A stretch of DNA of 64,000 bases from Octopus sinensis. Its lineage: Eukaryota. Below are positions 11,820-27,600 of the stretch, piece by piece; the first letter of the stretch is position 1; every line of letters starts with the position of its first letter. Below the pieces are notes generated by a model. The model searched no databases. It saw nothing but the letters and a program-made list of their open reading frames with translations, and was not told the DNA's origin. Position numbers and translations under genes: made by a program. Where the stretch lies: NCBI RefSeq assembly GCF_006345805.1, contig NC_043000.1:54064001-54128000 (forward strand). Direction: 5' to 3'.

Positions 11820-13343
11820 GGATCGACTACAAAAAGGCGTTTGATAGCATCCCCACACATGGATCCTCGAAACACTAGCCATTAACAAAGTAGCACCAAC
11901 AATTATAAAATTCATAGGGCAATCTGTGAATAAATGGCAAACAGTGCTACAGCTCCAAACAAAAGAGAGACTCATGAAAACCAAAGCCATCCCCATTAGA
12001 AGAGGAATATTCCAGGGAGACACGATCTCTCCACTCCTTTTCTGCTTGGCACTATGATCTCTATCTGATATGCTAAATAGAACTGGATGCGGATATAAAT
12101 GTTACGGCAAGACGAACAACCGCCTTTTATATATGGATGACCTAAAACTATACGCTGCAAATGACAAACAGCTGGAAACACTATTAAAGACAGTTCATGG
12201 ATTTACCAAAGAAATAGATATGAAATTTGGATTAGAAAAATGCGCCAAAGTAACCATGAGAAGAGGAAAACTAGTTAAGAGTAGCAACATCACACTAGAT
12301 AAAACCAATGAAATAAAAGAATTAGACCAAAGCCAAACTTACAAATACTTAGGAATCCATGAACTAGATAAGACACAACACGCACACATGAAAGAAAAAA
12401 TAAAAAAGAATATTATAGACGAGTTAGATCAATACTAAAAACAGAGCTCAATGCTAAAAACAAGACAATAGGTATTAACACTTTTGCTGTCCCAGTTATA
12501 AGTTACAGCTACAATATCCTTAACTGGACACTAAATGAACTGACCAAAATAGATAGGAAAACAAGAAAAGTAATGACAGGAACTAGGATGCATCACCCAA
12601 AATCTGACATAGAAAGACTATATATACAACGTATAGATGTTGGTAGAGGCCTTATACAGCTGTAAAACTACTATAATATAACCACCATAGGACTGCAAAA
12701 ATATCTACTTCAGAAGGAAGGAAAACTGATACAAATAGCGGCAAAACACGAGCAAAACAAAAGACTGTTCTCAGTATTTAAGGAAGCTGACAAATACAAA
12801 TAAGAAATCATACCACCTAATAAATATGAAGAAGAAGAAGGTGAAGAAACAACAAGAGCTATATAACAAATGAAATCCAAACTAAAAATAGAACAGCAAC
12901 GAACCATGATAAAACGATGGCAAGAAAAGCCCCTTTATGGTAAATACTGGACTAAACTAAACGCAAAAGAAATATACAAAGAAAAATCCCAGCAATGGTT
13001 GAGAAGCTCAGGACTCAAAGCAGAAACAGAGGGATTTTTAATTGCAGCACAAGACCAAAACCTCCCCACCAAAAATTACCAAAAACAAGTAATGAAAATA
13101 AATATAACAAGTAACTGCAGAATATGTGGAGATGGACAAGAAACAATAAATCATATTATCTTTGGCTGTCCAGTCCTGGCTAAGAAGGAATATATTCACA
13201 GACATGACAGAGTTGGAACCTACGTACACTGGAAGCTATGCCAACATTACGGAATAACAACAGAAAAAAGATGGTATAGGCACACACCAGAAAAGGTCAC
13301 AGAAAACGAGAAAGCAACCATACTCTGGGATATGCCGATACAC
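11820..13343 (+). mobile_element. R4/Dong-clade LINE fragment (RT, CCHC finger, start of RLE), 5'- and 3'-truncated, frameshifted
   Basis: IDYKKAFDSIPHTW, RRGIFQGDTISPLLFCLAL, LLYMDDLKLYA, KFGLEKCA, YKYLG, LKAETEGFLIAAQDQ, CRICGDGQETINHIIFGC, ILWDMPIH. Confidence 0.9.
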
Positions 13344-13711
13344 ATATTCGGTCAGGGTGATCTGCGGATCTTATACATCAAGAACAGTAGGTATATTTAT
13401 CTAATATTATTCTACGCTTGTGCTGTCGGACTACAGAAATACAGAAATGTAGTGCAGTTGCCTACTACGTGCAGTAGCTGTTCCTTATGTCCCTTCTGTG
13501 CCTTTTTATTCTGTTTGTGCATTTGTGATTAATACAAAATCATTTTAGCTCTAACAAGAAACACGAAACTGCAAAACACAGAACGCAATTAATTCCTCAA
13601 ATAAGTAATTTGAAACAACCTTCGGTATCAAGTTTTTCTATCCGTGTATTTTTTTCATTATTAAAATATCTAAACACCTTTACGCACATACATTCCAACA
13701 CGTGAAAATGA

Positions 13712-13795
<84 letters not shown>

Positions 13796-14309
13796 TTTCA
13801 AGGATATAAAAACCTGTATAAGGGATGTTTCAATAAATTGATGTCTGCATATCGATTTCTCCATTTTTTTTTGATATATGTATGTGTGCGAGTGTGTGTG
13901 TGTGTGTGTCTGTCTGTGTGTTCAGTATAATGTTGCTAGTTCAGTATAATCTGTATTTGAATATTGGATATCAAGTCTTCTTTCAAATTGATGTAATGTT
14001 TTCATTAAAGAATTAAACAGAACCACTTGAAACGGCCGTAATGAATTTACATATGTACATCTTTGTAGCTTATTTATATTCTATATGTTTGTGCGTGGGT
14101 GTGTATTTATGTATGTATGAGATTGAGAAATGTAAACACGAGTATGCATATGATATGTTTTCGACACGTACCGAACATTTTGTCATAGTTTGTATTTAGT
14201 CGAAGTTATATGTGATGGAAACAGGATTTTGAATGCCTATGAAACGTTTGGTTATATATTAAAGATTATTCTTGTTGATATTGTTTATGCCTTTATTTTG
14301 TTATTACAG

Positions 14310-14470
14310 GGTTTAAAGTCAAGCTTCCATTCATGTGGATAAGCTGTTTAGTCAACCAATGTTTCAATATTTTCAAACAATGCAACAACGGGAATGATCA
14401 GTGTTTCGTACGATTACACGACAAATTCAAAGCGTGTGTGACATTTATACTCAATGCAATAGATAAATAA
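14310..14470 (+). CDS. candidate terminal exon of a small Cys-rich protein
   Basis: Pyrimidine-rich acceptor (ctttattttgttattacag|); open frame FKVKLPFMWISCLVNQCFNIFKQCNNGNDQCFVRLHDKFKACVTFILNAIDK*; no family recognised. Confidence 0.4.
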
Positions 14471-17162
14471 GAAGAATTTCAATTCACCTGCCGTTTGATA
14501 TACTAATTTTGTATTCAAGAAATGTGGATATTTCCAAACACGTGTTTACACTTTGTGCTTAATGTCTAACAAAATTATAAAAGTCAACTTTTGCAAACTA
14601 CGATGTTAAGTTAAGAGACTGCATCAATCGCTGTCTATTGCAAGTAATTATGTACACACCTAAAATGGTTTTAAATTATAATTTAGAAAGTTGAAATATA
14701 TTAACATTGACATTGAGTCCAGCACTTTATTGTTTCAACTAAATTGAAATAAGTGTCCGTACGTTCACTCGACTAGAACACCCGAATCGTCCATAGTTCA
14801 AATCAACTTGGTTTTAAGAGAAAAGAAATATTGGAGAAGGTAGTCCTAAAAGAACCAACCAACAACCAAGCGAGTGTAATTGAAAATTCCATAAATCTTT
14901 TCGCTCAGTGCAGATCTGAGGCCAAAGAACATCCTTGCTGAGTAACAAGAACATGAATATTAGCATTATCAATAAATTTGATTAAAATAGTGCATAAAAT
15001 GTGGCAATCTGAGAAGTATTTTATTAAGGTTAGACAACCTCATGAAAATAATTGGACTGAGATATCTAGCGGAGTCCATCATTTTGAGACAGTAAAATAT
15101 ACTCGGCCACGTGCTATTCCTGCCCATGAAAAACGTAGTGAGGTATTTGGTCACCGGGTGCACCATGATGGGCTGTCCGATCTGAAGCAAATCATTTTCG
15201 TTCTATTCAAAAATTACGTTCTCCTATCCATTACGTCTTACTGAAAAAGTTATAATCATAATAATATAATTTATACTAAAAGTTTACATACAGTGTATTT
15301 GGAAGTTTTCCTCATGTGCTCTAAACCGAAAGCGTGTTATCGAAATAAGGATTTAAAACTGAAACCATGATGGGTTAATTATTTTCTGCTTTTAATATGA
15401 CAACATTCTGGAGAAGTAAGCTGGCTTTTTGTGAAATATATTTGAAAGTAATCTCCATTTATATCAGGACGATATTGTTTTATGAGATTTAAATAAATTT
15501 ATGTATTGTTTAACAATTGTAAATGATGCCAGCCAGGGAAATATTCCAATTTTCTTCCCAATTATTTTGAAAGTGGCATTGAATCAATTTCGAAAATATT
15601 GTCTGATTGATGGCTTTTATTTGAATTGGACACATTGTGAATTTAAACAGGTTTTTCTGCTTTAGGGAAATCTGTTAATTTTTGTCTTTTTACTTTATTT
15701 TCTCCTTTTGTTGGATTTGATTTCATATTTTATGAAATTGATTGAAATTGACACAGTTTGGAAAATGGCCATTCCGTTAGGATAAATATGATTGCTTGTT
15801 AAATCTATTTGTCGATGTAGGTTATATGATGTTACTTCTTTGTAATACAGTTGTTCGTGGAATAAATAGTGCGTGTTGTATACGATATAGTTTCTATTTA
15901 ATAATAAAATAACATGACAATTATAATTGGAATGCACTTTGTATAATTATATCCTAGCACGTATTTTTCACCATTTACAATATTCGTTTCCGACATTCGT
16001 TTTAGCTTATAATAATTTCTTATTTAATGCTTTGACAACTGTCACATATTCAATCTCGACAGAATGTAGTTATACATACACAGAAACGGATGAAAGATAA
16101 GTAGATAATTTAAATGAAACATGACTTAAATTACCATTTGTTTCCTTTGTACTAAATACCTCTATTATACTCAGTATACATTCTCGGCAGTGTGATGGAT
16201 TATATATTTTTTTTCAAAGAGAAGAAAATATTATTTGTAGTACATGGTTTGTTATAGATCAATATGTAATTAGCAAACAAGTTAAAGAAACTGTGATTTT
16301 TGTCCCGAGTCTAGAAATAGCTGCAAATCCCAAAGAAACTCCAACTGCCTTGAATAAAGTTTACAAGAAATATTTTGAGCAAGAGCACTGTATAAATCTA
16401 GGAAAGCGAGAAAACTATCATTGGGATGTGATTACACGTATGTCTGCACTACTAAGGCTACTCGTGAGCTAAGCTAAACCTATAGCAAGAAAATAAACAT
16501 GCTTTAATCGAAAATCAAAATCATTCCGCCATATTGATTTTAAGAGAAATATCTACTTAACCAGAAAATGCTGATATGTACTGTTGTTCTTACATGTCTT
16601 TAATGATTGTCGTTACCGAACGGCGGTCAGGATGTTCACCGTAACACGCCAGTGTCAAATGTTTGCTATTTATGTGTCGATCCGCTAATTTACGCAATGA
16701 ATATGAATACAAGTAGCGGCAATAATTTTAGGGCAATGTACACAACATGAGAGATACAGACAAGCACACAAACATATGTATACATACATACATATATATA
16801 TATGTTTATATATCTTTCCCCGTCTGTCTTTTTCAGATATATATATATATATATATATATATAAATGTATATATATATATTGTAGAGGTTTATCGCCTCC
16901 AATTTGTGCATAAATTGTGTTTTATATTTGTATGGACATTTTAGTCCAAAATATTGTATTTTAAATTGTAAGTGGGTTAATACCTCTGTATATGTGCTTT
17001 TAAAGAACAATGTTATAGAGAAGCAAAAGGTAGGCGGGCGCTTTCTGTCTTCTCCCATCTTTATAATTTTTGTATCATAATGATTCGCCTCATCAATGTC
17101 TGTGTTAAGCCCGCACAGCTACCTTAACTATGTGCTGCCTAAACGGCAAATTTAATGAATAA

Positions 17163-17707
17163 AAGTAGCTTGATTACCAACCACATGGTTCCGGGTTCAG
17201 TCCTACTGCATGGCAGTTTGGGTAAGTGTCTGCTACTATAGCCTCGGCCGACCAAAGCCTTGTGAGTCGATTTAGTAGGCGGAAACTGAAAGAAGGCCGT
17301 CGTGTGTGTGTATATATATATATATATACTCTTTACTCTTTTACTCTTTTACTTGTTTCAGTCATTTGACTGCGGCCATGCTGGAGCACCACCTTTTAGT
17401 ACTTATTCTATCGGTCTCTTTTTGCCGAACCGCTAAGTGACGGGGACGTAAACACACCAGCATCGGTTGTCAAGCAATGCTAGGGGGACAAACACAGACA
17501 CACAAACACACACATACAAACATATATATATATATATACATATATACGACAGGCTTCTTTCAGTTTCCGTCTACCAAATCCACTCACAAGGCATTGGTCG
17601 GCCCGGGGCTATAGCAGAAGACACTTGCCCAAGATGCCACGCAGTGGGACTGAACCCGCAACCGTGTGGTTGGTTAGCAAGCTACTTATCACACAGCCAC
17701 TCCTGCG

Positions 17708-17751
<44 letters not shown>

Positions 17752-18020
17752 TATATATGTGAGTGTGTGTGTGTTTGTGCGTGCGTGTGTGTTTGTGTGT
17801 GTATGTTTGCGTGTCTGTTTTTCTCCCTGCACCATTGCTTGACAACCAATACTGGTGTGATTACTTCCCCGTAATTTAGCGTTTCCGATAAGTGACCGAT
17901 AGGCTAAGTACTCGGCTTACAAAGAATAAGTCCTGGGGTCGATTTGTTCGGCTGAAGGTAGTGCTACAGCATGGCCGCAGTCAAATGACTAAAACAAATA
18001 AGAGAATAAAAAGAATAAAA
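17163..18020 (+). mobile_element. SINE family A (outer copy), split by an inverted nested copy
   Basis: 5' half at 17163-17302 (ggttccgggttcagtcc B-box-like); 3' half at about 17800-18020 (ccattgcttgacaacc...catggccgcagtcaaatgact). Confidence 0.8.
17327..17709 (-). mobile_element. SINE family A, near full length, nested
   Basis: Reverse complement begins ggcgcaggagtggctgtgtgataagtagc...gcgggttcagtcccactgcg and ends with the ccagcatggccgcagtcaaatgactgaaacaagtaaaagag tail. Confidence 0.85.
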
Positions 18021-18038
18021 GAATATTATTACCATTAT

Positions 18039-18039
<1 letters not shown>

Positions 18040-18069
<30 letters not shown>

Positions 18070-18137
18070 AAGAAGAAGAAGAAGAAGAAGAAGAAGAAGA
18101 AGAAGAAGAAGAAGAAGAAGAAGAAGAAGAAGAAGAA
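18040..18137. repeat. (AAG)n microsatellite
   Basis: Directly visible. Confidence 0.95.
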
Positions 18138-18297
18138 AATGGCCAGCAATTTTAACCTAAATAGGCAAGATATATACAAATACATTGGGGTACTGAAATA
18201 CTAGCTTGCTTGTATCACTTACAGTGAGAACTTTTCAGTTTGGGGGTGTTGACTCCTATTTCTAGCAATTTGATTGTAAATATATATAATTTATTTG

Positions 18298-18328
<31 letters not shown>

Positions 18329-19464
18329 TTGTGTGTCTGTGAGTGTGTGTCTTTGTGCGTCTGTGTGTGCGTCTGTGGATGTATGTACAGACAAATACTT
18401 ATACACACCTCTATATATATTTATAATCAGAAATTTACCACAATATCAAGTAGGAATTTTAAATTTAATATTCATACCATTAATTAATGTACATTTACCA
18501 AAATTTAACCTCGAAATGAAGTTTACCATCGCAGTGTCATTAGTTTAAAATTGTAATACTATTTAGACTATTTTACGCTTATATGAAACTAGTGAGTCTA
18601 CCAACATTAAAACAATTTAATGTCCACTTAATATATTTTTGCTGCACTTACTGTGCCAGCAGACAAATAAAAACTATACAAAGACATTATGTCGTATAAT
18701 ATAATTTATATGTTAAAATGCTTATAAAACTAGTTTTAAAACTAGACAAAAGCAAGCAAAAATGCTTTATGTTCATAAGAGAGTGAGAGTAGCATTATTT
18801 GTAAGAAATTGAATTAACGTAATATTTAAATTATCTTCAGGTTATATATCTAAGTAATATAGTTTTAGACCAACCCATCTTTTGCTGAGGCTTCAAACCA
18901 AACTATATGTTTAAAAACAAAGGAACCCAATATAAATGGACGAATTAAAATATTGATAACGCCAATTTATATATGCTAAAAAACTAAAATCTGAAAGAAG
19001 ACCTTCCAGTTCTGAAGTATATATTACAAAAAAATAATTTTAATTACTTAGTAGAATATGAGGCTTTTGTGAAAGAATAGGCAATATTTGCGAACAACAT
19101 CTTTATATGCTTGCAAAGATATTAGTATATTTTCTGAAAAATATATTTCAAAATAATTGTATAATTGAAAGAATATGAAAGCTGGATTATACTTTAATAT
19201 GCACCAATCTTGCAATTTGTAAAAAAACGTATGCACAGAATCTGTCTAAAAACATAGTCGAAACTCACTACATTCAAATTTCAACAAATACGTTCCCGAT
19301 CTTATGCAGAGTATAACATTTACAACTAAAAACTTCAGAATTACTTCCAGATAAAATTGAAGCAGTATATACTGACATCTCTGTTTAAAGTAATTTCCAG
19401 GTATATCTAGATAATATTGATAAATTGAAACCGTGTAGACAGCCTTCATCCAGCTTTTAAGTAC

Positions 19465-22085
<2,621 letters not shown>

Positions 22086-22391
22086 TACACACACACACAT
22101 TCACTGATTCACTTTCACTCCACACTAATTAACACACCCCATCCAGAAACATCTCCAAATCCCATATATAGCATAACAAAGCCCAAACATTCAAATCAGT
22201 TTCACAACCAATGCGAGAACATTCTCCGGAAAAGTTAACAAGGAATTTTTGTATAAAATCTCCCCACCAAAATTTAACAAAGAACTTACTAGATCTATGA
22301 ACTAAAGTGTAAAATTTATATTTTTTAAAAATTAAAAATAAAATAGAATAAACTTATAAGTTGTACCAGTGAAGTTATTCTCTCTCTTTCT

Positions 22392-22422
<31 letters not shown>

Positions 22423-22611
22423 CGAATACACACGCACGCATAAAAGCATCTTTATGTCCCTCTTTACGTTCTGAGTTCAAATACCTTATTGGTTGTTTTT
22501 GGCACTCACCATATTGGGGTAGATAACATAAAAACCGGTTGAATAGTGTGGTCGACGAAAATGACTTCAATTGTCTACCGAAATTACTGGCCTTGCGCCA
22601 ATATTAATTGA

Positions 22612-22795
22612 TGTCAAATTTTGAAACAATGCCAGCAAGTTCGGGAGTAGAGTTAAGTCGAGTACATGAACCACACAGCCCCGAAGAGATGATAAGCAAA
22701 TTTAGCCTTGGGAGAATTTGAACTCAGAATGTAAAGAGTGCCGGAATGCCGCTAAGCATTTTATCCGGCGTGCTAACGATCCTGCAATCTCGCCG
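22612..22795 (-). mobile_element. tRNA-derived SINE family B
   Basis: Reverse complement cggcgagattgcaggatcgttagcacgccggataaaatgcttagcgg...ttctgagttcaaattc. Confidence 0.65.
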
Positions 22796-23834
22796 AATTT
22801 GACAACCATATTAATTATTGAAGAATCACGTTAAGTTTCATGTGAAGGAAAAAATATTTATTTTCATATGTTCTGTCTTTAAAGAAAGAAACCAAATTCC
22901 ATGGTTAAATTACAAGCATTTGTTGACATCATTGGCATTCGGTGACATCATTGGTTTGAAATATTATCCCCTGGGAAAACTGAAACTCTGGTCTATTTGT
23001 AAAATTAATGTGTGTATATATGTGTTTGTGTGTGTGTATGTCTTTATCTGCGAGCGTATATGTGTGCTGGGTGCGATGGGTTAGGTCATATTTAATACGA
23101 GGTCCTACAAGTGTCAGCTGAAGTTATCAGTTAAGTTATAGAAGTCGTCGGAGGGTTACGCAATCAATCGGATAGCATTAACCTCTAATATAATGAAAAT
23201 AATGAAAATTTCCGTATCACCATTCGAGAAAACATCAGAACATATATTGGATGTTGTACAGAATTAGCTACTTTATGGAACCGTTGCAACTGGATATCAT
23301 TTTCTATTAAATATTAATATTACGAATAGCAGAATCTTTCACATCCTACGCAGAATTGGAATGGCAGTAAGCATTTCATTTTTGTATTCTAAATATAACT
23401 CAAAGAGGAGAAAAAGAAAGAAAGAGATAAAAAGAAGGAAAGAGGAAGCAAGGAGAATTTCAGTGATGAACACACTACACCTGTTTTTGTTTTTTTAAGA
23501 GTTCACCAATATTAGACCCATTCCAATACAATGGTAAATGACTAAATAAATACATGGGGAATAGGAAGGGGGCCCCTTCTCGCTCTCCCTCTCTCTCTCT
23601 CTATCTGTCTGACTATCTAAAATAAACAGTGTTCTCTTCTTCAACAAAAACCCAACATACATCTATTTTATATAAATGAACAAGCTCTTTATACATTCGC
23701 AAAATTTTATTTGGCGAGTTCGAGAAACGAACGAAAGCGCTAATGAAGAAATGCAAAAGTAAAATTCCTTTTTCAAAAATTCTGACATTTTTCTCAACAT
23801 TCATTTACTGTACATCACACCTAACACACACACA

Positions 23835-23839
<5 letters not shown>

Positions 23840-23915
<76 letters not shown>

Positions 23916-23922
23916 CTATATA

Positions 23923-23985
<63 letters not shown>

Positions 23986-24246
23986 CGTCCCTGTTTTTAT
24001 ATATAATCGTTGCTTTCTTCCAAGGAATCTATTCTCTTACCTTAGTTTTTTCCTTGGCTGGGCAGATTGGAGCAATCTCAAGAATAATCAGCCGAAATTG
24101 CGAGGATAATCTGGTGCTTGACTGAGGAAAGAAAACTTCGAATGATTTGTCCTTATTTTCTTTGTAACGTCTATCTGAATGTTTTGTTGTCCCTTTTTGT
24201 ATCGTCTAGCTGTACGGATGTTTTGCGTTTTTGTCCCATTCTGTAT

Positions 24247-24304
<58 letters not shown>

Positions 24305-24367
24305 CAGAGAGAGAGACAGAGAGAGAGAGAGACAGAGAGAGAGAGACAGAGAGAGAGAGAGAGATAA

Positions 24368-24402
<35 letters not shown>

Positions 24403-24435
24403 TATAGATAGATAGATAGATAGATAGATATGTAC
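23840..24435. repeat. (CT)/(TA)/(GA)/(GATA) microsatellite cluster
   Basis: Directly visible. Confidence 0.9.
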
Positions 24436-24925
24436 ATATACACACGTACAGTGTTTGTATATTCTGATAATAGCGTAGTAGGGTAAGTATAAAGCTCGTC
24501 TACTTTCCTATTTGCCCTATAACATACGGTAGTAATATTATACGTACTTTTAGGTTTGGACATTAGTTGTATGTGAACATATAATTGAAAATATTGGAGT
24601 CAACGTGAAGGGGTACGGTTGGACATTTATTTTTTAATCACTACAATTGTTACAACTTCTACACTTATAGTGATTAAAAAACAAATGGCCAACCCTGCTC
24701 CTTCTTGTTGACACCAGTTCTTTTAATTGTGCATATAGAAATATATACACAGTTGAAAAAATTAGAGTCAACAAGAAAGGGTAGGGTTGGATATTTATCT
24801 TTTAATCACTACAACTGTAGAAATCGTAACAAGTGTTGTGATTCATATATATATATATACTAGCTGAAGGTGACCCGCTCTACACGCGGGTAAGAGTGTG
24901 GGTGTTACTTTCTGTTGCTTCCTTT

Positions 24926-25238
24926 CAGCACGTAAAAAGCACCATCCGAACGTGGCCGATTGCAGCACCGCCTTGACTTGCTTCTGTGTCAGTGGCACGT
25001 AAAAAGCACCAACCGATCGTTGCCACTGCGAGCCCCCCTGGCACCAGTGCCGGCGGCACGAAAAAAGCACTCACTACACTCACAGAGTGGTTGGCGTTAG
25101 GAAGATCATCCACCTGTAGAAACACTTCCAGATCAGACTGGAGCCTGGTGTAACCTCCTGGCTTCCGAGACCCCGGTCACACTGCCCAACCCGTGCTAGC
25201 ACGGAAAACGGACGTTAAACGATGATGATGATGATGAT
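24926..25238 (+). mobile_element. RTE-tail-like repeat with (GAT)n tail inside outer Helitron unit 1
   Basis: Repeated gcacgtaaaaagcacc motif; ends gctagcacggaaaacggacgttaaac(gat)n; second copy at 28074-28385. Confidence 0.6.
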
Positions 25239-26214
25239 TCTCCGTATTTGTTTCTCTCTCCTTTCTCTCTCACTTTCCCACTCTCTTACTTTTCTTTTCT
25301 CTCTGACTCTCCCTCGCTTTCTCTTACTCTCTATCTTTATCTATCTCTCTCGCATTTATAAACAACAGAAGATCTTGAGTAAGTTGAGAAATAAAATATT
25401 TAGAAAGATCAATCAGAAATATGAGGCAGTGGCAATGGAAAGATCTGCTTCAAGGCAGACAGCAAAACGCTAACATTTAAAAGGGACAGACGAACTTGCG
25501 AGCTGAATAAAAATAATAAAATATTGGAAACCAAAGTTTGAAGGGATAGAATCTGAGGATAGTAGCGTCACCATGGCTGGCATTTGTTAACGACGGACAA
25601 CAACGTTGTGACAGTTTAACGGCTGGCGTAAAATTTTGAACTTGATCTAAAAGAAAATTCGTAAACACCAAGTTTTGAAGTGATTCTTTCTCACGACAGT
25701 AGACTCACCATGGCAAGCATTCAAAACTTCTTTATCATGGACGGCAACACATTGACGATTAAAAGGCTGGCGCAAATTTTTTAGCTTGATGTAACGGAGA
25801 ATTCCTAAACACCCACTCCTAGAAATTTTAATCCCCTTCCAGCCCCATTTAGACCCCTTTTCACATTTTGGTTAATATAACCCGATTTCATTCGGGTCTA
25901 CTGGGGCCACATTTTATAAGATGAGGAATTTTGTCCTAGAGGTGACGCCTTTCATTTGAGGAACAAAATAGTTGACATGCAAACTTGTCAGCACCTTTAA
26001 CATAGGTGTGCATATTTTCAGCTGAATCGACCGACTACGTAATGCACACATTATATATATATGTGTGTGTGTGTGTGCACGCATTATATATACAAATGTA
26101 TACAAATGATATATATATCTGTATAAATTAAATTAGAGATAAAACCACTAATAGGCAAATCAAACAGTGAAAAAACAAAAACATAAAAAAAGAAAATATA
26201 ACATAGAAAATATA

Positions 26215-26732
26215 TCTATATATATAAAACTGTTGTTGTGTGAGTGTCTGTCCCCTTCGATTTAGATTCCTAACTACTCGCACATTTTGCGGTGCAGTTT
26301 AACCAAATTCGGGTATCTTATAGTCGTGATTATAACGAGCCCGTCTGGCTAGTAGCGCGCGTCTACGATGAGTTGACGATTTTAAAAATAATTTAACATC
26401 ATTTTTTATTCCATTTTAATGCATAATTTTTCGTATGTCGATGGCGGCGGAGTTGGCGTCCACGCTCACATCTGCACCTGTTTGCTTCTCCCTCGTGAAG
26501 CTGTGGGGAAGGGAGTGTAAGGAAATCAACGTCGTAAAGCGTTGTCAAGGAGACCAGCGTTCTTTTAGAACAACGACTTCATGGCTTGAAGACACTGAGT
26601 CAACGATTTTTTAAAAAAAATCACCATCACTTTTTATTCCATTTTTAATGCATTTTTTTGCTATAACTCTCTAAAAATGCTTATATAGTTATTTCCCTTA
26701 CAAACCCGAGCAACGCCGGGCGATACTGCTAG
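26215..26732 (+). mobile_element. inner non-autonomous Helitron H1
   Basis: A|TCTATATATATAAAA start; cccgagcaacgccggg hairpin + gatactgCTAG end. Confidence 0.8.
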
Positions 26733-27233
26733 TCTTTATATATAAAAGTAAGGTTGTGTGTCTGTCTCGTACGATTTAGATTCCTAACCACTCCCACATT
26801 TTGCGGTGCAGTGTAACCAAAACCGGGTATCTTATAGTCGTGATTCATATCGGGCCCTTCTGGGTATTAGCGAGCGTCTACGATGAGTCTACGATTTAAA
26901 AAAAAATTTACCATCATTTTTTATTCCATTTTAATGCATTTTTTGCTATTATATAAGGGAAGTAACTCTCTAAAAATGTCTACGATGAGTCAACGATAAA
27001 AAAAAATTACCATCATTTTTTATTCCATTTTAATGCATTTTTCGCTATTATATAAGGGAAGTAACTCTCTAAAAATGTCTACGATGAGTCAACGATTTAA
27101 AAAAAAAATTACTATAATTTTTTATTCCATTTTCAATGCATTTTTTGCTATTTTTTTTTTGCTATAACTCACTAAAAATGCTTATATAGTTATTTCCCTT
27201 ACAAACCCGAGCAACGCCGGGCGATACTGCTAG
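26733..27233 (+). mobile_element. inner non-autonomous Helitron H2 with ~100-bp x3 internal tandem repeat
   Basis: CTAG|TC junction with H1; same 3' hairpin and CTAG|T; repeat registers at 26881, 26983, 27082. Confidence 0.85.
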
Positions 27234-27359
27234 TAAAATATAAAATTGAAAACTTTAAATTATTTAAATTGAAAATAAAAATTATGAAATTATATTTATA
27301 ATTTGTTTAAAAATATATATAACTATGAAAAAGTATGAAAAAGTTTAATATACATAAAT

Positions 27360-27600
27360 ACAGATACATACACTTTGTATATATACATTATATATACATA
27401 TTTATATATAGAACACACACACACACATACATTATATACATATTTATATATAGAACACACACACACACATACATATATATACATATTTATATATAGAACA
27501 CACACACACACACACACATACATTATATACATATTTATATATAGAACACACACACACACGCACATACAATATATATACATATTTAGAACACACACACACA
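27360..27600. repeat. ~42-bp compound minisatellite (tacattatatatacatatttatatatagaacacacac), also at 30470-30770
   Basis: Directly visible; more copies in unit 2. Confidence 0.85.

Noticed and set aside
12870-13532. 220-aa ORF as an intact gene
   Set aside because: Chimera: Dong ORF up to WDMPIH, then unrelated read-through
14978-15244. 88-aa ORF (TTG start) as a gene
   Set aside because: No recognisable domain, no in-frame splice support, and the length is attainable by chance
16203-16473. ~90-codon open frame (ETVIFVPSLEIAANPKE...); similarly 49609-49885
   Set aside because: A few frames of this length are expected by chance in 64 kb of AT-rich DNA; no homolog recognised
26881-27600. ~100-bp and ~42-bp arrays as CRISPR
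   Set aside because: No unique spacers, no cas genes, eukaryotic context
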